Positions 50,301-63,357 of a DNA stretch of 64,000 nucleotides are shown piece after piece. The notes below the pieces were generated by a model. That model did no database searches, had not been told where the DNA came from, and worked only from the letters and a program-made list of their open reading frames with translations. A program made the translations under genes and the position numbers. The stretch is from contig JAWMAR010000825.1 in the NCBI GenBank assembly GCA_036785375.1, positions 248,001-312,000 on the forward strand. The letters run 5' to 3'. Source of the stretch: Leucoraja ocellata. Taxonomy: Eukaryota. The first letter of the stretch is position 1; each line of letters begins with the position of its first letter.

Positions 50301-53300
50301 GGACTGAAATGTAGGTAGGCTGATTGCAGTAAGTTTGCTGATGACACAAAAATTGGTGGATAGTGTGGAAGGTTGTGTAGACTTTGAAGAAGTTGCAGAA
50401 AAGGTTCACCAGAATGATAACTGGATTACCGATTATTAGGTATAAGGAGCAGTTGGACAAACTTGAATTGGTTTCTCTAGGGCACTGTAGGCTGAGGGGC
50501 AACCTGATAGAAGTATATAAAATTATGAGAGACAGGATAATAGTCAGAATCTTTTTCCTCATGTGGAATTGTCTAATGCTAAAGTTATGGTGAGAGGGGG
50601 AAAGTTTCAAGGAAATTTGTGAGGGAAGTTGTTTAAAAAAAAAAGTACAGCGAGTGGTAGGCGCTTGGAGATGGTGGAAGTAGATACAATAGCAATGCTT
50701 AAGACACATTTAGATAGGCATGGGATGGAGGATCACATGCATGCAGGATGGAATTAGTTTAAATTAGCATTATGTTCAGTACCGACATCTTAGGCCAAGG
50801 AGTCTGTTCCTGTGCTGTACTGTTTGTTCCATGTTAACAGTCTCAGTGCTCACCAGTAATTAAACCAATATTTAAGATCAAAGAATTTTGCTTTTTAATT
50901 TAAAACGTAGTTGCATTATAATTAAAAATTTATCGGGACCTAAGAAGTTAACCCCCCCCCCCCCTCCACTATTTCTAAGAGTTTGAAATAAATCCAGGGA
51001 TTTGAGGCTGGGTGGTCTGATCATAGACCAGCACTAGCTCTTAGACAAATGGTGGCCACATTGGCAGAATGGTTTGTTATTCGCCAAGCTGATTTCTCCA
51101 GTAGAGTAATCATTCACTGATATGCTGGTGGGAGTGCAATAATATTGGGGGGTTTTTGCACCAGTTTAACCTGCAATCCCCATCTGTGTCTCTCGGTCTC
51201 CCCCTGCCCTCCTCCATTCTTGTGCCAATAAAACAAATGGTACAGAGTTGACCTGCTGCATTATTAGTCAGGAGTTCAGCAGGCTCAATGGAATTAAAGC
51301 TGGGCACAATGTTGTCACAAACCATCGGCAGGTTATGGATGAATATCTACTTGACGATCTGACTGATTCTATGTCACCCTTTTTTTGCATTACATTTAAA
51401 TGAAGTACATAGTATAGGTATGTTGTAAAACGTACCTGAAGCGTCGCTGAAAATCTGTCCTAGCCCGTGTGCGCGATTTTGGCACCGTTTAGAGGGGGGC
51501 GGGTTTAAAACGCGATTTTCCCTAGGCTGTTCAAATCGAGGATGTTCAGCCTAGTTAATTATTAACGAAAAATCGCTGGAAGATTGCGTCGCTTGAGCTA
51601 TTTTTAGTTTTAAGGGGTTTATTTACTTGTTATAGTAGGTTAAAAATTAACCTCTAAACCCGCGACCGCCGACAACGAGCCGGATCTCATACAGGGGACA
51701 ACGGAAGGTAGGTTGTTTATTTTTATGTTAAAAAGGGCTTCTTAAGATCCCTTTATACAAAATTTTATGTTGCGAGTAGCTAATTTGGGGCCCATTATAT
51801 CCCGCAGTATTTTTCTGGGCATTTGGTGCACAAATCTACGGCAATGTGAACGTTCTAAACCAGCGCGTTCCACAGGGAAAGCCGATTTAAATGCCATTAA
51901 TTTACATCAAGTAAACACTAAATTCCTTCCATTTGGCCTATAAATTAATGTAAATGAGATTTAGAAATCATGTTTTGTTGTGAATTCTTTGTGAATATTA
52001 TTTGGACACTTAGGCTATTTAAACATGTTAATCTTTTCTTAAGAAATGGATAGATGTTTAGATCTACTAATTGAAGTTTGGAATTAGCTACAATTGGGTA
52101 ACTAACTATATGCTTTAATTTCAGGTCATCCAAGTAAGATTATTTTATATTTGTTTCAGAATGCTTCAATCTATGATAACTGAAAATTTCATTCAGTTCT
52201 CTTAATTTTTAAGAAAGTTATGGGCTTTTGACTGTCCACGATCACAGTTTTTTTGTTATGTCCATAAAAAATCAATAGGGAACAAGATGCTAATTTCCGA
52301 GTATGAAAATTGCCATAACTTTTTTAATACTTGAGATATGAAAGTGAATTAGGTGTCAAATTAAACTTTTTATGCTTTATCTGATGGGATAAATTGCAGA
52401 CTTGATTTTTTAAATCTCAAAATTGTGTTAACATTGCTACATAGTAAATTAGGAAAGCAGCATAAAGCTGATTTAATTACCTGTAATAGATGATCTACAT
52501 ACTGTTGTCATCAAAGCTCTAAGGAATGACGATGAACCAATCTGTGATTCATCTAAATGAGCCTGTAGGGAGATAGAGAAATAATTTTAGAATTGAACAA
52601 TAATGAAGGGCATCTACCAGGTTTTCAACCAAGTGTTGTTCTTACCTCTTGGTTTGAGAATTCACTCAGCACTCAGATTTAAAATAAACGTACATCTGAA
52701 TAAAACCAACCACATTTCATTCACACAAAAGTGGCATTAATAAGCCAATCCAAAATGTAGTAACAAAGGACAAACTGCAGAACTGGAAAAACAACCCGTT
52801 TTAAAGATTCGTTTTGATCACGTGGGTTGCTGTGCAAGATTTAGTGTGACTTTTCTGTTATATGGAAGGAAAGTAAGGAAGCAGCATATACAAGATATTA
52901 GTGATAGATATCTTCTGGTCATTAACGTGATAAGAGAGAGCACGTAAATAACAATGGGGTAAATGAGAGAGTTTACTGCACACAAAAGATGGTTAACATG
53001 TGAAATACTCTGTTAGAAATCATGTAGATACATACCAAAGTACCAAAGCAGATACCAAAAATACTTCAAAAAGAAAATTGGGCAACTGCTTTAAAAAAAA
53101 AAGGATCTGGAGACAGAGCGGTTATGAACAGGTTGCTCATGAAGAAAAAAAACAAAAACAAAAACCACTTCCTGTGTTTTTTTCCTTTCTCTAAGACCTA
53201 TTTATAATTGTGTCTCATGGGACAAGATAGCCCAAAGTATTCTGCACAAAATGATGGATTTTAAACTGTTGTAATGTGGCAACTTGATCTGTCATCTCTT

Positions 53301-56300
53301 AACATTGTAAGGATATCAATAATGACCAGATAATCGATTTGAGTTGCTTTAGTTTAGTTGAGGGATAATTATTGGCTAGGGCACAAGGAAAAATCTCCCT
53401 GTTCTCCTCCCAATTATATTTTTGGACTTTGATAAGAAAGGCAAATCGCTCAATTTTAATGCAGTTAGGTGATCTCCCTCAGTAATGCACTGGGGCATTG
53501 TTAAGATTTTGTGTTCAGTGGGACTTGAAATTAGAATCTTCAGACTCAGAGGCGAGAATGCCAATACTGCAAACAATGATCACACCTGTAATCATTAATT
53601 AAAATAACCAAATGCAAAGTTAGAATTGGTAGGACAAGCAACAATTGTATAGCAGTATAATAAAGCTAAAATATGATTGGAAGTTTCTCATTGATCAAAT
53701 GCCATAAAACATCAGAGATAAATAATGTATTCTGGATTTAGAAATTATAATCAAAACACCTTTGAATAATTTTATGACAATATAGTTTTACTTTGGTTCA
53801 GTTTAACATTACAGAAACTGTATTCCGTGTTTGCTTAATCCTTAGTGATCAAGATCACAATAAACTACATATGGAAACAATGAAAATTTGTCGCTACTTT
53901 TTCAACACATCTTGTTAAATGAGATTCAGACTCGGCTTCAATTGACTGAAGTCTTAGAAGGTGATTGTTTGATTTTTTTGGTTTGCTATTTGACATGCAT
54001 GAAAACCTGACTCTATGTTTACCAATCTCTGAACTAAGTACAGAAAAATCTATACACAGGGAATCTCTGCTTACCTGAAGCAAAATGCCCTTTCTGCCCT
54101 TAATTACATTAGATTAACAAAATTTAAATTAACACACCAATATTATTAAATGAAAGAGTCAACAGTATCAACAGAATTATAGATTACAAACTAGTGCAGG
54201 AAAGGTCACTGAAAAATCAAGTACAGACGCTCCAACAAAATCTGAATACGTTTGGGTTTTGTTTCAATTTACGTTTTTTAAATGTAATAGGCACGAGTAA
54301 AAATTACTTTGGTTTGCATATTTAAGTATCAGCAATGACTTTCATTTACAAATGCAAGCATGCATCCTGTTAGTTGATGGATTTATATATTTAGCCATTA
54401 TGCAGGAAAGATATGCATTTTACATTGTTGCAACTACAAAAGAGGTAACCAAACACAAGTACAATATTTGTCTGGGTGATAGTCAACTAGTTTAATGATC
54501 AATAATAAGTTACCCTTAGTATAAATTTAACATTATAGTCAATGTAAGAAATTGCCACACAATGGTTTAATCTTATTGGTTATAAAGTAAAACAAACTTA
54601 AAACAAAAATAGAAAATGCTTAAAACATTCCGATCAATTGGCTTCTGTGTCTGTTTTAGTTCAACACATTTTAATCAGTTTAGGGGAAAGGTCATCAACC
54701 TGAACTGTCAACTACAATTCTTTCTCCAAAGATGCTGCCTAGCCTGCTGACGATTTCCTGTATCTGCAATATTTTGCTTTTTAAAAATTCAACCTACTTC
54801 TACCCAATCAAAGATTTGCTCATTGCTGGCTTTGTCTTCGATTATAAGTTTTTCTAGCCACTTGTTCAGTTCTTCGGCAGAGAGCTCCATTTTTGAAAGT
54901 GCTTCAGTAGGACCAGAAACATCTGATATGGTAAACTCCAATTTCTGCAAAGGAATTGCAAAACTAATATTAATTATCCCTGTCAACACAATTAAAACAT
55001 GACTTTTCACAGTAGTAATATCTCCACCTAGCCTGCCTATTTGGTTTGAGGTTGGAATTCAGAAAAATGACCAATGATTTTATTTGTCAGGAGCGTCACC
55101 TTTACAAAAGCTAGACTCAAGACATAAACATGGTTGCAAACCGCAACGCTCTAATCTTATTGCTACAGTGATACATCTGTAACTGTTGATAATTCAACAA
55201 AGGAGTTAAAAATAAAAAATGCTGAACAGACAGAGCCTGGTTCTAGAACCATACAATTTAAACCAATACAATGTTATTAAAGCAGAATAGGATACCATGG
55301 AGGTAAAACAAGGTCAATAACAGTTTCATGATCCAGTACTATTATTCTAGTCCTTTTCACAAACCTGGGTAATCTGAATTATGAAATTTTAGTTGTTGTA
55401 AAATATTATAGCAATGAATGATATATTAAAATGCATGACAACTGTACAATAATTTCATTTCATTCTTCACATTTACAACTATTCTGATTACAATTATAAA
55501 TTGCAGGTAAATGGAGACTTTTATATATAGAATCAAACATCAGAGAAGACAGGTCCATTAACTCATCATGTTCATGTCGCCCACCAGGTCACCACTCACA
55601 CTAATTCCATTTGTAAGTGTTGGGCCACAGCCTTCTATGCATTTGAAATTCAAGTGCTTGGCCCAGGTCCTTTTCAAGATGTTGTAAGAATACCTGCTTC
55701 TGTCAGCTTTTCAGGCAGTGTGTTCTAGACAGTAACCACCCTCTGGGTAAAAACAAAAGTTCCTCAGATCCCCTTTAAATCTTTAACTCCTTGCTTATTC
55801 CCCAGGCTTTATAACTCAGTTCCTGTTTTTGCAAATAGTCAAAGTGCAGGCCTTTTTAAAAACCATTACTGAAATTACTTAATATTCCTAAATATTTCTT
55901 ACAAGTTTTATTCCAGGTCGAGAGAGACATTTCTGACAATGAGCGGCCTAAGATGACAACAACAAAGGTGAGACAGGTAGAGGATAGTGGCCAACAGGTT
56001 GCGCACTGCACAATGGCTGAGAAGGCAAAAGACGACTGCAGTAGGGAGAGATAACCAACCGCCATGTAGTTTCCGTAGAGTCTCACGGAGACTGTCTCCG
56101 TCAAGGACTGTGTAGTGGCTGATCATGTATCATTCTCCCCATGTTAAAAGATGTATGCACAGGCATCCCACCTGAAACATGAAGCTAATCATACTTGTTT
56201 TGGAGTGATTGCCGATGATGATAAGCTCACAACAGTGTTGTGCTATTATGAGGCTTATTAACTATTGCAGTGCACTTCCCCACCTCCCCATCAAGATAAA

Positions 56301-59300
56301 CAAAGTATTTTCAGATTCTCCTCTCCTTCTATGGCTGCAACCATACTGGGACCCAAGGGAATATCATGCAACTAGCACTATTCAGAAAGTTATCATTTGC
56401 TCAGCCTTGATAATACCTTCCCACCTGATTAATTTCAACGGCAACAAAATATTTACAGTGCTAAAATAGATTACATAAATGTTTTCATATTTGAAAACAA
56501 TTTGTAAGTTTGGTCCCTTATCTGCCATGTTCCTTTATATGAACTTTTAAATAATTGTGATGCACAGCAATGACAAGTTAAATTGAGGCCGTCAGAGCAG
56601 TTTCCATCCTTCAACTTAGCCATTATTCATTCTGGGGCTTAAAAAAAGCATGTTCCGTTGCTCACTCTCAATGTGACAGAAATTGGCCATAGGTTAACTT
56701 ATGTGTTCATGTGTAAAAAAGAACTGCAGATGCTGGATTAAATCGAAGGTAGACACAAAATGCTGGAGTAACTCAGTGGGTGAGGCAGCATCTCTGGAGA
56801 GAAGGAATGAGTGACGTTTCGGGTCGAGACCCTTCTTCATGGTACATTTCAGAGTGCTTCACACGGTAGGTGCTGAAGGCATCAGACAAGATGTTAGTAA
56901 TAATTAAGACAACCATGGTATTGGTCACAGCAAAATCAGATATTTTTTAGTTTGTGTACTGATTGAGACTTAAAAGGAATAGACTCACTTTATCACTAAT
57001 GAAGTTTTGAACATCATCTCCTTCAGTTAGAAAATCTTTCCAATTTAGGCCAGCCTCTTTCCATTGGGCCCCGACTTTCTTATGGCTCTGTTAACAATTA
57101 AAATGAAATATTTACTCTGGTTTATTCATACGAGTGAACAAAAGAGACTTAATGTTGCTGTTGATATTTATGCGAGACATCAGTTTGGGAATTCTGTACC
57201 GAGTTCTCCTTTTCACTCACCATTTGTTTGCATAGAAGGTGCAAAATTTCTGCAAGCAGAACCCCTGCTCTCCCTACCGGAAGTAAAGGTTTACTAAGTT
57301 CTCTGCAAGAGAGGGAAAACACATTTATCATTCAGTATCCCAAAAAACAGCTTGAGAATCAATATACTTGCAGCTGGTTAGAACAATTAAATGCAGATAT
57401 CCTGGAGCAGAGTAAAACTGAGAAATTATATCAAAGGATAATTGCCAATTTAAAATGTTGTTCTAGTAACCATATTATGAGGGTATTATTCATGCAATTG
57501 AAGTGGATGTACATTTTCTCCCTGTGACCATGTGAGTTTACCCTGGGTGCTTGTTTCCTCCCACATTCCAAAGATGTTCAGGTTAGTAGGTTATTTGGCC
57601 TCTGAAAAATGTGTAGGATGTGAAACTATAGAACCGATGTACGGGTGATTGATGGCCGGCATCGGCTCAGTGGGCCAAAGGACCCGTTTCTGTATCTCGC
57701 AACTAAACTAAGATTATAAAAGACTAAGCGTAAGTGATTGGTGAAACAGTCGTTTTGTCAATGCTTGGTCTTGCTGACATAAATCTGTAGGTTCACAAGC
57801 TAAAATTGTACATAGGTTAGTTACTTTAAATTGATAATCACGTTAAAAAGTTACCAATGAAGAAACCGACGAGGAATACTCAGTTCAGGATTATTGGAAA
57901 TTACAAAACATGGCATTATATCAAGATACATTTAATTGTCACATGTGCCAGATGGCACAGTGAAATGAAATTCCCATACAGCCATACAATAAAAATAAAG
58001 AACACAACACACTATAGAATTTAACATAAAACATCCCCACACAGCAGAATCAAAGTTTCCCACTGTGTGGGAAGGCACCAAAGTCAGTCTCTTCCTCCAT
58101 TCTATAAATATATCCTATTGAAGCCTAGATCAATTCCTAAATCAACGAGGAACGGCATGTGTTTTTCTGGTAAGAACCAGATGCAAAGTAGATCCACAGC
58201 ATCTCTATTGTGCTTTTGCATTCCAAGAACTTAACTGAAACATATGCTCATAGATTATGAAGATCACTTCTCAAATCAAAGAATGTTTAAAAGGAATATG
58301 CTCAAAATGTTAATCCATTATTGGATAAAAATTTGGGATTTCCTTAATATTTCAAATATGTTGCTGTAAAAATAAAATGTTTCTTACGTAAATAATTCTC
58401 TCATAGAGATTCCTCCTTCTTGTAACATGGGAGTCACAAGTTCACCCAGGTACAGCCATATATGTGGTATATCAATGGCCATATCCTCTGCCAATTCCAA
58501 GAGTTCTAAAAACCTACAGGAAAATAATAAGAGCAAATAACCTTCATTCCATGTCAAAGATATCTATCTATTTGCAAGAAACCAAAACATGATTTTATAC
58601 CCAACCACACTAATGAAATGGCAGAATAAAATTATAAAATACCGTGCTGGAATTGGTAGCTTCCCATCTCTACCACTAAAATCCACTCATCATTAAATGC
58701 AACCCTCTCTCATCGCGGTCTGATAGTTTCAATTTGAGGACTGAAGATTGAACACAAATTATAACAAATTGTGGGATTAGTTTAGCAGGAGTATTTAGTT
58801 AAATTTCTAAGATAACACTGAATTTTGTTAATTTATTAAAATTTATGCCCAGAAAATTTGAGGTCTAGATAGTAGGGAAGAAGGAAAGAAAGTAAAGGCA
58901 AATCTGTCTAAATTCCAATCATTGTTTTCCCTTACTTATTATTTGTTTGACTACAATAAAGATCTCACTAACCAATTCAGTTGCTGGGCCTGTGATAGCA
59001 AAGATTTGTTCAGTTCTGGCAGGATTTGACAAGCAATGTACGTAAACGATCAAATGTGACGGGGATTCTGTCTGAAAGGGTGGTTAGGGTTATTACAAAG
59101 GAAAAACAACTCTGACTGAAGACGATTGCAGTTATTGATGTCCTGATCATTTTCATGTACCATTATGCAGGTGTAACATGGCAGTCATACCGTGCCCTCC
59201 TAATTTTGGGACAAAGACCCATCATTTATTTATTTGCCTCTGTACTTCCACAATTTGAGATTTTTAATAGAAAAAAATCACATGTGGTTAAAGTGCACAT

Positions 59301-62300
59301 TGTCAGATTTTATTAAAAGGCATTTTTATACAATTTAGTTTCACAATGTAGAAATTACAGCAGTGTTTATACATAGTCCCCCCCCCCATTTCAGGGCACC
59401 ATAATGTTTAGGACACATGGCGTCACACCTGTTTGTAATTGCTCAAGTGTGTTTAAATGCCTCTGTAATGCAGGTATAAGAGAGCTCTCAGCACATAGTC
59501 TTTCTTCCTGTCTTTCCATTGCATTTGGAAACTTTTATTGCTGTTTATAAACATGAGGACCAAAGTTGTGCCAATGAAAGTCAAATAAGCCATTTTGAGA
59601 CTGAGAAACAAGAATAAAATGTTAGAGACATCAGCCAAACCTTAGGCTTACCAAAATCAACTGTTTGGAACATCATTAAGAAGAATTAGAGCACTGGTGA
59701 CCTTACTAATCACAAAGGGACTGGCAAGCCAAGGAAGACCTCCACAGCTGATGACAGAAGAATTCTCTCTAGAATAAAGAAAAATCCCCAAACACCTGTT
59801 CGACAGATCAGAAACTTGTCACTAGTCAGGTGTGGATTTGTCAATTACCACTGTCCTCAGAAATACAGAGGCAAGATGCAAACCACTGGTTAGCCGCAAA
59901 AATAAGATGGCCAGGTTAGTTTGCCAAGAAGTACTTAAAAGAGCAACCACAGTTCTGGAAAAAGGTCTTGTGGACAGATGAGCCGAAGATTAACTTATAT
60001 CAGAGCTAAGTATGGAGGAGAGAAGGAACTGCCCAAGATCCAAAGCATACCACCTCATCTGTGAAACACGGTGGTGGGGGTGTTATGGCCTGGGCATGTA
60101 TGGCTGCTGAAGGTACTGGCTCACTTGTCTTAATTGATGATACAACTGCTGATGGTAGTAGCATAATGAATTCTGAAATGTATAGATACATCCTATCCGC
60201 ACAAGTTCAAACACATGCTTCAAAACTCATTGCCCAGCAGTTCATTCTACAGCAAGACAATGATCCCAAACATACTGCTAAAGCAACAAAGGAGTTTTTC
60301 AGCTAAAAAATGGTCGTCAATCACCCGATCTGAACCTAATTGAGCATGACTTTTTATACGCTGAAGAGAAAACTGAAGGGGACTAGCCCCCAAATCAAGC
60401 ATAAGCTAAAGATGGCTGCAACACAGGCCTGGCAGAGCATCACCAGAGAAGACACCCAGCAACTGGTGATGTCCATGAATCGCAGACTTCAAGCAGTTAT
60501 TGCATGCAAAGGATATACAACAAAATACTAAACCTTACTACTTTCAATTACATGACATTGCTGTGTCCCAAACATTATGTGCCCTGACATGGGGCGACTA
60601 TGTATAAACATTGCTGTAATTTCTATGTGGTGAAACCCAAATGTATAAAAATACCCTTTATTAAAATCTGACAATGTGCACTTTAACCAAATGTGATTTT
60701 TTTCTATTACAAATCTCAAATTGCGGAGAACAGAGGCAAATAAATAAATGACGGGTATTTGTCCCAAACATTATGGAGGGCACTGTATATACTGATGTCA
60801 TGGTCATTACACTTCCAAATGGAGTATACCGAACGTTGGTGCATGAAGCTGTAAACAGTGCTTTGTGGTATCTTAATATGAAAGGCATTCTACAAATGTA
60901 CACATTAACTGACTATGCAACATTTCCTTGCAAATTACTTTTCTTCATCAAATATTACATACCCCTTGAAGAATTCATCCTTGGGTAGTTTTTCAGACTG
61001 TATCAGTTGAAAGAAAAGCTGACCCATGTGTTCTCTTGTTATTTGACTTCTCTCTAACGTTGATTCTACACCTACTCTTACAAAGACATGGAGTAGGCTC
61101 AGTGAATTCAATTCATCCACACACTGGAGCGCTTCCTGGAAGTTGAAAATATTATAGCATTATCAATCACTTTTCTTTTTACACAGATGGTACTTTTCCT
61201 AGAAGCACATACACCCTATTAACAAATAACCTTGATAATTTAATCAATTGTCTTTTAATTATCTATTTTTTTTCTTCTCTCATTTCTTGTTTTTCTGCTC
61301 CAACGTTACTGAAGTTTTTCTGCTCACAACATTACGACTGAAGAATGTAGTGAACAATGGCAAGAATATTGTTTTGAAAAAAAAAGTACAAGCTACGAAT
61401 TAGAGAAGGGACTGGAAAATAAACCAAATATCTGCAATAAATGTTCTTTCAGCAGAAAAATATTCAAAGGAATCAGAAGGTCAAAAAGCACCCAATGTTT
61501 CGCAATCTACGAGAGGAATTTAAGATACTTCCTTCTCTTTCCTTTCCAATTAATAATTTAGCCTTTAGAAACTTGCACATTCTGAATATACCTTTAGCAA
61601 TACTTATTCAGCAGCATTTTTAAAGCATCTATACTATTCATTCCAAATAATCCTTATGATGGAGTTTCAAATTCTTAGATAGTATACATCTGAATTATTT
61701 GCAACAATAGCTTCTTCCACACATGGAACATCTTACCCTAATCCATTGAAACTTTCCATAATGTTTTAATACTTATTTTTAGAAAGAAAATTAACACCCG
61801 TTCTGTTCATTCTTTCCTAATTGTACACTGAATGAAACATGGACAATAGTTGGATGACATTTTATGCTGGAGTTTCAAAGGAATCTGTTCCAGAATGAGG
61901 ATCTCCTGACATCTTGTTTGTAACAAATTAAAATAAACGCTTTTCATAGAAACTATGCAGTTGTACGACAATTAAGTATTCACCTTATAATCATTAATGT
62001 GTAAAAACTCATCAATAATGGATTTTGATTTTTTCTCCATCGTCTCCTCAGCCTCAACAGTTTTGAGGGAAGCCTCAGCAGAAGGAACTTCAGATTTCAC
62101 TGTGGGGGATAAATAGAAAATTTAAGGATATTTTCTTCAACAGAGAGTGTTTATGTGAACAGTTATTCAATGACATCAACCAGTTAGCCACCATTAATAA
62201 CATTATTTTAATACATCTGCAATGTTTTCTATCATTTTTAATGGAGTGCAATCATAAATTCTTACCACTGCTTCAAGACGTTTTGAATTTAAAATGTCTA

Positions 62301-63172
62301 ATGATATTCTTGTAACAAATATTGCAAAACACAAGTGCCCACAAGAAATTGCCAGTTTGCCATAGTGATTACACCTTTATGACATCAGCAGCCAGTCACA
62401 GAGAAACATGGCAGAGGCTTTTCCGATTTCATGTACTAAAATACTTACAAACATATACACTCCTCTGCCCAGCACAGTCGGCTGATTATCATCTGTCTCC
62501 GATTCTCGAAATTATCGCCTGATGAATAAACCCGTTCACACTGCATATGCTACTATCATCAATTTTTTCAAATGGCTATCAGTTAAGAAGACTGGTCATC
62601 ATGATTATTTATATAGCTGCTTATTGATTAATAACAAAACCTCAAAGTATTTTGGTAGAAAATAAAGGAAATACCATTGAACATGGCAAATTGTATTTGC
62701 TGCAGATCAGTTAATGTTGTTTATGTCACAAGGGTGAATAAATATGCTGAATTCTACTGTTAAAATCTTGTCTTGTGTAAAAGGAAGTGCGAATCTGGAT
62801 GTACGCTTTTGTAAACAGTAATAATGCAGATAGTGGAGCTAGGTTAAGCTAGTTTTACATGTCTATTTGTTATTATACCACCAATTTCCTGCTTAATAGA
62901 CCAAATATAAAGGTCTAGCTTCATGATGGCTACAACAAGCCAATGTATATGCATGTTACAGGAATTGCAACGTACCATTTTCCTTGGGACGATTCCTATC
63001 TCCCTCTGCACTCTTCTCCTCAGCCGTATTTGTGGCTTGCTGCACAATTTCAAGGACTTCCCTTCTCTCTTCTTCTCGCGTCCGATCATCAAGGAGCTCC
63101 TTATTACTGCTCCCCCGTGTAATGGCTGGCCGACTTGGTTTATCATTCTTTTCTCTTCCCGTACTGCTTCGA
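47217..63172 (-). CDS. EIF4G3: Eukaryotic translation initiation factor 4 gamma 3; last 10 coding exons (~450 aa, MA3 and W2 domains). Gene continues beyond the window.
   Basis: Exons 62976-63172, 61984-62099, 60963-61135, 58388-58513, 57221-57302, 56989-57087, 54798-54944, 52481-52562, 49378-49524 and 47217-47398, all GT-AG and phase-consistent. C-terminus [26 protein letters not shown] and REKNDKP...GSSNKELLD fit the EIF4G3 paralogue; synteny with HP1BP3. Confidence 0.95.
47885..48455 (-). mobile_element. Rex1/Babar-like LINE 3' end
   Basis: [29 protein letters not shown] on the minus strand. Confidence 0.75.
49230..49318. repeat. (GA)n-like compound microsatellite
   Basis: gagacagagagagacagagagagggac... 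run. Confidence 0.8.
49378..49524 (-). CDS. EIF4G3: EIF4G3 exon (W2 domain)
   Basis: tctag|GA GAA...CCT CCT A|gtaagt; [43 protein letters not shown]. Confidence 0.94.
49730..50830 (+). mobile_element. CR1-like LINE, internally deleted
   Basis: QGSVL, KFADDTK and [10 protein letters not shown]...[13 protein letters not shown] motifs plus 3' UTR. Confidence 0.8.
51415..52439. mobile_element. ~1 kb non-autonomous DNA transposon (hAT-like?)
   Basis: Imperfect TIRs TAGGTATGTT / AACATTGCTA; flanking direct repeat CATAGTA (51408-51414, 52440-52446). Confidence 0.7.
52481..52562 (-). CDS. EIF4G3: EIF4G3 exon
   Basis: tacag|GCT CAT...ACA G|gtaatt; [27 protein letters not shown]. Confidence 0.93.
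54798..54944 (-). CDS. EIF4G3: EIF4G3 exon
   Basis: ttgcag|AAA TTG...GTA GAA|gtaggt; KLEFTISD...[30 protein letters not shown]. Confidence 0.93.
56722..56840 (-). mobile_element. Penelope-derived short repeat with hammerhead-like core
   Basis: Minus strand: TGAAGA AGGGTCTCGACCC GAAACGTC ACTC. Confidence 0.7.
56989..57087 (-). CDS. EIF4G3: EIF4G3 exon (end of MA3 domain)
   Basis: taacag|AGC CAT AAG...GAT AAA|gtgagt; [33 protein letters not shown]. Confidence 0.94.
57221..57302 (-). CDS. EIF4G3: EIF4G3 exon (MA3 domain)
   Basis: tgcag|A GAA CTT...CAA ATG|gtgagt; [27 protein letters not shown]. Confidence 0.94.
58388..58513 (-). CDS. EIF4G3: EIF4G3 exon (MA3 domain)
   Basis: tgtag|G TTT...TTT AC|gtaaga; [41 protein letters not shown]. 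Confidence 0.95.
59190..60785 (+). mobile_element. Full-length Tc1-like (DD34E-type) transposon with IR/DR ends; transposase pseudogenised
   Basis: ~225-bp TIRs (59190-59417, 60562-60785); TA on both sides; WTDE (~59970), [20 protein letters not shown] and SPDLNLIE (~60321-60344) motifs with frameshifts. Confidence 0.95.
60963..61135 (-). CDS. EIF4G3: EIF4G3 exon (MA3 domain)
   Basis: ttccag|GAA GCG...AAG GG|gtatgt; [41 protein letters not shown]. Confidence 0.95.
61984..62099 (-). CDS. EIF4G3: EIF4G3 exon (start of MA3 domain)
   Basis: ccacag|TG AAA...TAT AAG|gtgaat; [22 protein letters not shown]. Confidence 0.93.
62976..63172 (-). CDS. EIF4G3: EIF4G3 exon (linker before MA3)
   Basis: Long pyrimidine tract then atgtag|T CGA...AAT G|gtacgt; [45 protein letters not shown]. 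Confidence 0.9.
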
Positions 63173-63357
63173 CTACATGGGCGTGGGAGTGAGATGGGGG
63201 AGGGGGGAGGAATGGAAGAGGAGAAAAAGGTACATTGAACACTCATTTTAACAGACCCCTTTATAATGGATTTCAGTGATAGTGGAAAGACCTGGCAACT
63301 CACCCCCCTGGCTCACATCACCAGCCCTGGCTTCTGACGCCACCCCAGCTCGTAAGG

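Noticed and set aside
60061-60531. Active transposase gene
   Set aside because: The transposase is split by frameshifts, deletions and stops.
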